This document shows, piece by piece, positions 54,601 to 64,000 of a stretch of 64,000 nucleotides of DNA. The notes beneath the pieces are model-generated. The model had not been told where the DNA came from, did not search any database, and was given only the letters and a program-made list of their open reading frames with translations. The stretch is from Camelus ferus (lineage: Eukaryota). How positions within the stretch are numbered: position 1 is the first letter of the stretch; every line of letters starts with the position of its first letter. The stretch lies in assembly GCF_009834535.1 (NCBI RefSeq), contig NC_045696.1, positions 101,434,001 through 101,498,000 of the forward strand, read 5' to 3'. The translations under genes and the position numbers were made by a program.

Positions 54601-55352
54601 TATAAAATGCTAACTTGTACAGTGGTATTAACTGCTGGAAGAGGCCCAAGGCAAAACAAATGCCAAGGTGCAATAGAGGCCACGGTGGCGTTTGGAAGGG
54701 AGGTTTTTATACCTCCAGCCTGACTGACTACCTGTACATATTTCTCATCAATTATGCACAATTACTAAATATTATGAGTAACAGGTCTCTAAAACGTAAA
54801 TGAGACTAAAATAATACTGAGAGAACTCGGAGGCACAAAACCATGGAATAGTTTAGACAACCCGTCCTATAAATCTAAGAGTGGCTACCACAGATTACTG
54901 TCACTACTTTCAAATGCATTTGGAGCTTCCTTAACTGTAGCAATTGACTTTTGCAAAGGGAATATGTCAATTAAAAGCGTATCACTATATTAATTTTTGT
55001 AAGTATCAGGTATATGGATTGCACTGAGAGGTGGCATATTTTACACATTTTAGAAGTTATCTGCAGTAGTAAAAGCTGCTTCTTCTGTTTTGGTTCCTAA
55101 TCTTTCTTCTCCTTTCCCCCCACTTCTTTAATTTCTTATACAGTTTCTAGTCTCTCAGAAGAAAGTCATTCAGCAATGCATACAGCATAATTGGAATTGC
55201 TCCAGATAATTCAACTTAAAAATATTTTTGCAGTTAAGTGCATTTTAAAATGCTAGCATTCATTTGTAAAACAGAAGTCCAGAACTTTTCAAAATGATTG
55301 AAATTTGAAACCATCATCATCATCTAACTCCACACAAACCCATTTATCTTAC

Positions 55353-55515
55353 CTGGGAGGCGTCAGGATATCAGATCAAAAAATAAAAAATGATGAAATG
55401 AGCTAAATGTATTCTAGAAATTCAGTACAAGATCAGGAAGCTTATGCAATTTAGGGAATGCAGTCCAATCACTGCTCCAAATAAGAGAAACCTCTGTATT
55501 GTAATACAACCTTTC
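55353..55515 (-). pseudogene. Pseudo-exon candidate (163 nt), frame ambiguous
   Basis: gctttag| acceptor and strong CAG|gtaaga donor; stops in both frames examined. Confidence 0.35.
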
Positions 55516-56759
55516 CTAAAGCATTAATGCAAATTGTAGAATTATTTTCATTTCAAGTTAATAGGATCAGTTTGAAATATTTTTGTAAATGGTGGAAATG
55601 ACCTAGGAAATAATTCTCTAAATGCCACAAACATTCACAATTAAGTATAAGTTAGCTACAGCTATATTACTAGTACTTTGTCCCCCTACTTTGAGTGACG
55701 TCAACCACCTAGTAAGTAGCCATACAGGACCCAAAAGAGAAGTTTCAAATGATACCTGATACTCAAAGCCACCGTGTGAGGTCTTCTTTTTTGATTTGCT
55801 TCTAGATTAATTTTTACCAATTCTGGTGTCCCTGATTCTAATCTGTTAGTTCAAATGCCATTGTCACTCAGTCCTGCTTCCTTCCTCCTAATTCCTTTCT
55901 CAGTTTGATAGTTAGCTCTCTGCATTATGCTCTCCCTAGGAATGCATAAGTTTTAAGTAACTATTCAATATTTTTAACATTTGACGCAGTATGAGCCTCA
56001 ACCTACCAGAATAGACACTGGTCATAAACACCAGGTATTTTCATACCAGTGCACACCTGCTCAGGGTGCCCCATCTCCGGCATATTTGGATCTAATCTCT
56101 CTGGCAGGGGTTCTGTTTTTCTCTCTCTATGGCCCCAGCATGTGTCTCTGATTTGCTGTTTCTGTTGCAGTTCCTAGTCTTCAGGGACTTAGGCCCCATG
56201 ATCAAGGCACTCCTACCTGAATTAATCCTCAGTCCCTTTTAAAGGACAGGGGGTGGAAGGGTGGCAGCAAGGGTTAGGGAACAATGAGCCAAAACATAGT
56301 CCCTTTTTATTACTTATGAGGTTCTTCACTTAAACGTTTCCTAGATATTGCCTTTCAATCTATGGTTATTATCTGTCAGTCCCTATTGAGCAGCTGTACG
56401 GTCAGCAATAACTGAAATGCCAAAAGCGGTTCTCGGGCATTACAGGTCCTTAAGGCAACCCCAAACTGGAGAATAAGCACACACATGGCTATGACACTCT
56501 ATAAGAACAAGATATTTCTGTGGGGTTTTATCCTATTCTTTTCTGTCACACAGACCTAATTCAAAATAATGTAGCATGATGTATGGAATTCATCTAATAA
56601 ATCATATCTCATCAACACATACCAGTTGGATTAAAGTGAAAGGAAAGCAAATAATTTATTCCACTGGCCAACCCTATTAAATTATTAAAAGCGACTCCAT
56701 TAAGACTTTATGGAAAAGAGAAAGAAGACACTTCCACCAACTAAAAAGGGGAAAGGAAA

Positions 56760-58100
56760 GAAATTAACATTTGTTTAATGAATAAAGTATGCCGGGAAGC
56801 ATAAGGAATACTTCAATTATACATTATCTCATTAAGTTTTCACACAAATATTACAGGTAAGATGCTATTAACTCCCTGAGTTTTATTCTCTTTTGTATCC
56901 ACAGGTACTTTGCAATCCAGTGGCAGGAGCAAGGTAATTATCTGTAAATTGAAAAGATTCCTAATTTAGATAAGAAAACTGAGACTCTGAGTTAAGAAAT
57001 ATTAGTCAAGGTAGCAATCTTAGTCAAGGTAAATCTTTGTCAATTTGTAATAATTACTAATATTTATGGAGTACTTACTAAAAAGTCCAAATAATTTATG
57101 TGAATCCTCTCATTAATGTTCACAAAAATCTTTAAAAGCATTACTCTATTTTACACATAAAAGAACTGAGGTTCAGAGAGGATAAGCAACTATCTCAAGT
57201 CCACACAGCCAGGAAGCAGCAGAAATTCCTGAGTCAAGTCTGGACCAGGCAGTCACTGTCTAGAGAATGCATGCTTAACCATGGGCATAACACCTCTAAG
57301 CAAAGGTGATGATTTGACACCAGATATGACAGTGCCCAAACCTAGGCTCTTACATGACTTTAGACTCACATTGAAAGGCAAGAGCAATCTCGTCCTTTTA
57401 ATAACTATCTCCAAGGCTGATGTGCTTTGATCGTCTAATTAAAATACCCCCCTTTTCCAAGCAGAAGTGATAATTCTTAATTATACTTGTAATATGTAAA
57501 CTTGAAATTTTCCCTATCAAAACTTTAGATGTAAACTCATTTAATCCTCATAAAAAGCCCTATTAATACACGTATTACTTCTACAGCGAACTAGTGACAT
57601 GCATGAAGTCACAGCGAGTAGGAGGTGGAGCAGAGCCCACACTCCTCACCACTACATGACTTACACGTGTCTCTGTGTAATCGGAAACTGGTGAGACGTT
57701 CAGAAGGAAGGTTGGAGGTTCTATGAAGGAGGTTCTATGACTGGGGAACCTAACTTTGTTTGGGATAAAAGGAGTTGACCAGTCATAGTGAGCTGAAGAA
57801 TGTCCCAGGCAGAGAGAACCAAGTGTTTGAAGGTTCTGAGGTAGGAAAGTGCTTGGCTCAATGGAGGACCTCAAAGTAGACCTGTGTGATCACTGTGTAG
57901 TGAGCTGGGGAGAACAGGTGACTGGAAGGGAAGGCCAGTCAGCATGGGAGGCTCTGTTTAGGATTTGGGGTATTTTCCTAAATATGGCAGAAAACCATTA
58001 AGGTTCTGAGCAGAGTGATGTAATCCAACTTATGTCTTAAGACAAGCACAGGCTGGAGTAGACTTGAGGGAAGTGTAGGGCGGGAAGAATTCAGTTAGTG
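56760..58100 (-). mobile_element. MIR cluster followed by an L2 fragment
   Basis: aagaaaactgagactc; gaactgaggttcagagag; L2-like ggaggacctcaaagtagacctgtgtg. Confidence 0.7.
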
Positions 58101-58867
58101 CAGAGGTACAGGCAGTCCTTGTGGAGAGGAGCAGAAAGTCAAGTCAAGGGGGAGCATGGAATTGGCAGGGGATTGTGCATAGATTCAATGAGTCTATAAT
58201 GTTGGAAGGTGAGAAAGTACCGTGTAAAAGTATAAGTAAAGGTGTAGAGTCCACCAGGATGTACAGTGCCATTATTCAAGTCAGGCCATACACTGTCTCC
58301 ATTTCTCAGTGGAACTCTCAGGACACCCACTTTCCTTCTCTTAAATTTCATGTAGTGGTGAGGAAATGGATGTGTCCACACCATCACATTCTCATTAGAA
58401 AGCCATTTTTTTTTCCTCCTCAGATGACACATACAGTTTTGTCAAATTAAGCAGTCCACTTTTCCCCCCATAAATGTGGCTGGAGTAAACTTTCTTTCCA
58501 TGTGGATAGAAGAGGGAATGAAGATAAGTTACTCAGTCCTGCCGAGCTTCAGTTTTAATCTTCTTCAAGGCAATGGAAATCTACATTGCCAAATGTGGTC
58601 AAGCATGATTTTTGTATGTTGTACTGGTAAGGCTCTGTTCTGTCTCTTTTCCATTATGAGATAATATGTTATCTCTTTCTGTTTTATGGCTGTAGGGAGT
58701 GTGTGCCAAGTCCACTTTTCTTATTAAAAATGTGGATTAATTTTTTGTGTGTGTTATTCTGTATCGTTTTAACATCCAAAAATAGAAATAAATGTGTTTC
58801 CCAAAAAAACACAGTAGAACAACCTAGAATCTATTGCTGAAATACACATATTAAATGAAATATTCTT

Positions 58868-59350
58868 GTGTAGGAGACCGAAAAATGCCCCCCAAAGATA
58901 CTAACATCCTAATTCCTGGAACCTGTGAATATGTTATCTTCTATGGCAAAATAGACTTTGCAGAAGTGATTAAGTTAAGGATTTTGAGATGGGGAGGTTA
59001 TCCTGGATTGTCCGGGTGAAGACAGTGTAATCACAAGGGTCCTTCTAAGAGGGAGGCAGGAGGCTAAGCATAAGAGAGACTGAAAGATGTCACATTGCTG
59101 GCTTTGAAGATGGAGGACAGGGCTGCCAGACAAGGAATGTGGTCAGCTTCCAGAAGCTAGAAAAGGCAATGACATGAATTTTCCCCTAGAGCTTCCAGGA
59201 GAGAAGAAGACCTGCCATATCTTGATTTCAGTCACCTGAAACTGGTTTTGAACATCTGGCCTCTAGAACTTTAGGGTAAGAAGTCTGTATGGTTTTAAGC
59301 CACTACCTTTGTGGTAATTTGTTACAGCAGCAATTGGAAACAAATTTATG
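58868..59350 (+). mobile_element. MLT1D-type solo LTR
   Basis: cctggaacctgtgaatatgtt...ttttgagatgggg...ttgttacagcagcaat. Confidence 0.9.
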
Positions 59351-59592
59351 TAGCTTAAACTCAAGCAAAGTCATTTAAATCGATGAAAACATGAGCACTT
59401 GTATCAAGGACACTCATGAAGGAAACCTGGATTTTCTCATTCATTAAATATATACAATGATAACTACTCCCAAAGGTTAGTGTACATACATATTTTGCTC
59501 TCCTCTCTAGGGTTCTGCCTAGCAGCATATACATCAAAGGATGTATCATCAAATGAGAAATAACATACAAGTACATATTCAAGGTCAAAATA

Positions 59593-60015
59593 CAGGTACT
59601 CCCTGCTTTTCAAAAGTTTGCTTTAGGCCCTCTTCACTTTTATGAAAGACCCACACTAGTACCAGTTTTCGCTAACCAAAAGAAATCTGAAGAGGATTTT
59701 TACTTTTAGGAAAAAAAGATAAGAAGGAAAAACAGCGCTCAGTGTGTGTTTTGCAGCAAGCTCTCAAAAGAGGCCACTCGCACCCAGACCAGTGAGAGTG
59801 GTACCACCCAGCTCCTTTCCGGGGAATGTCGCCCAGCATCCCAGTAAAGACTCCGTAACTTTGAACTGTGCCTGAGAGCATCTGTGCTTTATTTCAGTTT
59901 TGTGCATCTGTTAGCAAGATGGGCCCCTAAGATATTTCCTTCCTCACTTTATGCCATTTAGGCTTATGAAAGTTTTCATAGGCATGCTCTACTTTCGGAT
60001 AGCAGGGGAAACCTG
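59593..60015. mobile_element. Non-autonomous Tc1/mariner (Tigger-type) element
   Basis: About 25-bp imperfect TIRs caggtactccctgct / agcaggggaaacctg, with TA on both sides. Confidence 0.85.
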
Positions 60016-60859
60016 TATTAATTACTCCAGATTTTTACTGTGGAATGTGACAGAGGCAGCTGGTTATGTTAGCTCTCAGTTCTACACTTGCCACTGTATA
60101 ATCTCCTCCATTTAAGTGGTACTAAAACTATGGTCCATGAATTGTTGCTGGTCAGAAAACTGTTACTAATCTCCAATGAAATAAGTATAGAAATTGAGCT
60201 TAAAGTTTTGTATTTGTATTTATATTAATGAAATGTACTTTGTTCCTCAGACATTACTATCAGTTAGTGAAATGTCTAGTTCTGTTTTGGTTTTCAATTC
60301 CTTAGCTACAAAGTAGAGCTGATGTCTCCATTGGTTTTGAAAAGTCAGTTCACTTTGGTTTATCCTAGAGTTGAAGACTTCAAAGCTCAGGGAAAAGATC
60401 CGGCCATGTGTAGGAAATATTTAAGATGCAATAAAATCCAGATTCCCTATCTACTTCGACTCAAGAGCAGGATTTAAAGCTTACCACATAGGTCCAGCAT
60501 AGTTCACTTCTGTATGAGAATCCTCCTGTATTCCAAGGTGCTGCTCTCTTACAGTATATCCTGTAACCATCCTCAATATAACTATTGAACCAGATGGCAT
60601 AACAGTCATCTCATTGTGAGCCCAAGTTCAAAATGTCTAAGAATAACTTTCAAGAACGGCAAGATAAGGTAAAATAGCATTATAACTAGTTTATTTGAAT
60701 GGTCTTCTCAGTATAGTAAAGAAAGCACTGTGAAGACACTACCTAAGGCAAGTAGTGGTGGGAGCTGATCTAGCTTCCAGCTTCACCTTTATTACTTGTA
60801 AAATTAGGGAGCTATCCTCCTACAAGTCCCTTCTATCTCTCAAACTCAAATTCAGAGCT

Positions 60860-61235
60860 GTCTTTTGCAGCACAGATAGCACTGAAGACCAAATATTCCA
60901 TGTACCCCCCACCTTCTGTCACCTCTTGCATTTAGGTAGTGCCATGTGACTCGTTTTGGTCAACGTGCTGTGAGTGGAGGTTAGCCAAGTATTGAAGAGC
61001 AGGTGTGAGATTTCTTCTCATTTATAGGAAGCGTGGACCTCAAAAGCTGAGATGGCTGAGTCCTAAGCCCTAGGTCAAAGAAGGCTGAATGACTAAGGTA
61101 CCACCTGAAAGGCAGGCTGCTGGTGAGTTTCTTGACCTACAGCTGTCTTTACACAAGAAGAAATAAATTCTAAGTGTTAAGCCACTGAGATTCTCTGCCT
61201 GGTACTGAAGCATAAGTTTATCCTAATCTGTTTGC
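60860..61235 (+). mobile_element. Old MLT1 LTR
   Basis: gccatgtgactcgttttgg...aaataaatt...ttaagccactgagatt. Confidence 0.7.
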
Positions 61236-61423
61236 TGAATAATTAACCACCAGAAGAAATACTTATGAAAGTGATAAGCAAAATGGGAAAATATATTTGG
61301 CGAAATGTAGAACTTGTTAAGATGCCTAAGTTTTAAAATCATCTAAATCTTTTAAAGCTTTATTTTATTTATTCATCACAAAACACAACTTTATGTTCCA
61401 TGCTAAAGATTGTAAAATCTCAC

Positions 61424-61488
61424 CAAAAAAGTCTCTTGAGCTTTCCCAAACATCAAAAAGATCTTGAAGCAACACTTTGAAAAGTTAC
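61424..61488 (-). pseudogene. Pseudo-exon candidate (65 nt): *LFKVLLQDLFDVWESSRDFF (alternative open frame NFSKCCFKIFLMFGKAQETFL)
   Basis: attttcag| acceptor and TTG|gtgaga donor. Confidence 0.45.
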
Positions 61489-62095
61489 CTGAAAATTAAT
61501 TTTAAACACACAGTACTTTGCACTTGTCTTTCTTAAAGTGAATTTAAACCTTAAATGAAAAGGTGCTGACAAAATGCATTTTGAAGGATTATAACAATAT
61601 AAATTAGAAACAAATGTAGATTTTAAGGGTTGCAATAAGACTGGGTAAAAATTGGAATGCAAACACATTTTTAAATGTTTCACATATCACTAGTTTGGAA
61701 AGTCTCCCTTAACCTTTTTTCTTCGATTTTGACATGTGAATTCACAATTAAATCTACTTAGATGCCAGAGACACTTGAAAGCTTCTTACTCTTGTCTCTG
61801 AAAATTAACAGACTTCACTACTTATGACTACCATTTCATATTTTTCTAAGGTAAATTCTACTTATTTTGGGGGGGGGGAAGCATGTTCTTTTTAATGAAT
61901 TAAGTACCACAATGACAGCATCGTTTATTCATAACTAGGTCAGAAAAAGCAGGCCTGTTTTACTCAGGATGTCATGTCCCTGATGGTGAATTCTTATTTC
62001 TATTCCAATGTGACATTTTCGAAAAGCATAAAGCAGCCTGAAGGCCTGGTAGAAAGGGAACAAGGGAAGAAATGTTTAAGATAAAACAAAAATAC

Positions 62096-62222
62096 CTGAT
62101 AGTATTCAAGGCTGCCTGGTCACATTGAATAATCTATTTTATGGCTAAAGCTTAATGGACAATCACGATGCGGCAGTTGTGCCTTCTCTACCGCGTTTGA
62201 TTGATGATACGAGACTTCCTAC
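62096..62222 (-). pseudogene. Pseudo-exon candidate (127 nt): RKSRIINQTR*RRHNCRIVIVH*ALAIK*IIQCDQAALNTI
   Basis: aaatag|GT..ATCAG|gtattt; phase 1->2; three stops. Confidence 0.35.
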
Positions 62223-62948
62223 CTATTTCTGGAGATGTCTTGAGGATTATTAGATAATAGGCAGAATGAACACCATATGTTAGCAGTGTAAGAATAAATT
62301 AAAGAGGGCGTTCTACAATTTGTACACACTGACCAACGAAGAGGAGAAGAGGGAGCATATGCGGAAGACAAAGATTAGTACAAAAATAAGGTGAGAGACA
62401 GAGCAGTGTGATGAAGGCAGAATAAATGATGAAGCTTAAATAGCTTTGTCCATTCCTGCTTATCAGTGAAAGGGCTGAGTCAGATCCTGGAGCCTGTGTT
62501 CTTAAGCCAGGGAGTCCTGAGAGGGTATCCGTGGGAAATTCAAGGGACATTAAAATCTCCAAATTTGAAGGTAAATACTAAAAACTAAATATGTGCATGT
62601 TTCTAGGGAGAGGAACCTAACTGTAATCACATTTGTTTGAAGTTTTAAGGTTCACTCAACCTAAACTAGACAATTTGTTAGAGTCTGACGTCAGGCTCAA
62701 AGACAGCTCAGAGGAAGCCTAGCAATTGTGTCAGTTGCATTGAAAGTGGCCCATTGTCCAGAGCCATTAGGGGTCAGTGTGGGGTCAGCTGCTCTGGCAG
62801 AAGGGGTGAGGCCCTACACCCTCATCTTGCCAGCTGTCCTTCAAGGTCGAAATCAAACAGCGCTATCTCTTCACAACTCCCTGTAGGAGTTCATGTCCTG
62901 AGAGGAAGGCACAAACATGCCTATATATATACACATATAAAATAGGTA

Positions 62949-62979
<31 letters not shown>

Positions 62980-63029
62980 CCCAAATCAAAATCAATATTA
63001 ATAATTATGGATTTTTCCAAATGAGAATG

Positions 63030-63700
63030 GGTTACTGGAGAAACTGGAACCCTTGTGCACTGTTGGTAGACAAGTAAAATAGTGTGGCCACTATGGAAAC
63101 AAGTATTGTGGCTTCTCGAAAAATTAAAAATAGACCTGCCATACGAGACATCAATTCCACTTCTGGGTGTATACCCAAAAGAATTGAAAGCAGGGTCTCA
63201 AAGAGATTTGTGTACAACCATGTTCTGTGCAATCTTATTTATAATAGCCAAAAGGTAGAAGCAACTGAAATGCCCATTGACAATAGGATGGAATAAAATG
63301 TGGTGTATACATACAGTGACATATTAGTTAGCCTTAAAATAGGAAGGAAATTCTGGCGCAGGCTACAACGTGGATGAACTTTGAGGACAGTGTAGTAAGT
63401 GAAGTAAGCCAGTCCTGAAAGACAAATACTGTATGATTCTACTTTATATGAGGTGCCTAGAGTAGTTACATTCGTAGGGACAGAAAATAGAATGGCGGTT
63501 GCCATGGGCTCAGGGGAGGTGGGCACGGTGAGTTGTTACTTAATGGGTATTTAGATTTATAAGATGAAAAGAGTTTTGGAGATTGGTGGCATAATAATTT
63601 GAATATACTTAATATTGTTAACTGTATACTTAAAAATGGTTAAGGTGGTAAATTTTATGTTATGTATATTTTACCACAATTATTTTTTTTAATTAAAGAA
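63030..63700 (+). mobile_element. L1MB-type 3' end
   Basis: gagaaactggaacccttgtgcactgttggt...aaaaatggttaaggtggtaaattttatgtt. Confidence 0.9.
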
Positions 63701-64000
63701 AAAATCATAGGTTACTTCTATTACTGACCTAGAGGGATTTCATGCTGCATTATTAAGTGAGACGAGCAAGTAACAAAATAATAAGTATCTCATAATCCCA
63801 TTTTTGGAAAACAAACATACATTTTAAATGTGTTAATTCAAATTTATAAAAATCACAAAGAAAGGTGTGCAAAGATACATATTAATCTATTAGGTTATTT
63901 CAAGCAGGCAATGGAAGTTGATTAATTTTTCTAGTAATTTTCTCTATTTTTTTCAGTTATACAGTGAGCACTTGCTTAAATAATTAAAAATAAAAATTAC

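Larger units (their letters stand above)
443..62222 (-). pseudogene. Putative decayed multi-exon pseudogene encoding a PWWP-domain (ZCWPW-like) protein; probably extends beyond both window ends
   Basis: Collinear minus-strand AG..GT-bounded segments in non-repeat DNA, many with compatible phases, plus in-frame stops and frameshifts. PWWP-like motifs at 25-36.5 kb. Confidence 0.55.

Noticed and set aside
56857..56935. Strong plus-strand splice signals
   Set aside because: They sit inside a MIR/L2 mosaic and have no partner exons.
1..64000. CRISPR arrays, operons or other prokaryotic systems
   Set aside because: The sequence is mammalian and repeat-rich, and no regularly spaced repeats were seen.

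Overview
AT-rich mammalian genomic DNA, most likely camelid (camel/alpaca/llama), judged from two tRNA-Ala-derived SINEs that match the Vic-1 family as I recall it. There is no intact protein-coding gene, true tRNA/rRNA or large CpG island. The ORF-track entries are short frames in repeats or unique DNA. Much of the window is old interspersed repeat (MIR, L2, CR1/L3, L1, MLT/ERVL LTRs, hAT and Tigger MITEs). The main signal lies in the unique DNA between repeats: a chain of about 20 minus-strand exon-like segments from 62.2 kb down to 0.4 kb, mostly with AG/GT boundaries and often with matching splice phases, carrying scattered stops and frameshifts. I read this as a decayed intron-containing (unitary or duplicated) pseudogene. 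Its middle reconstructs to a PWWP domain of the ZCWPW/MSH6/NSD type, preceded by a possible zf-CW remnant and an OB-fold-like segment. It does not look like ZCWPW1 or ZCWPW2 itself, so it may be a lost paralog. This reconstruction was done by eye, frames were chosen by hand, and protein and repeat family names come from memory. All need confirming by alignment.
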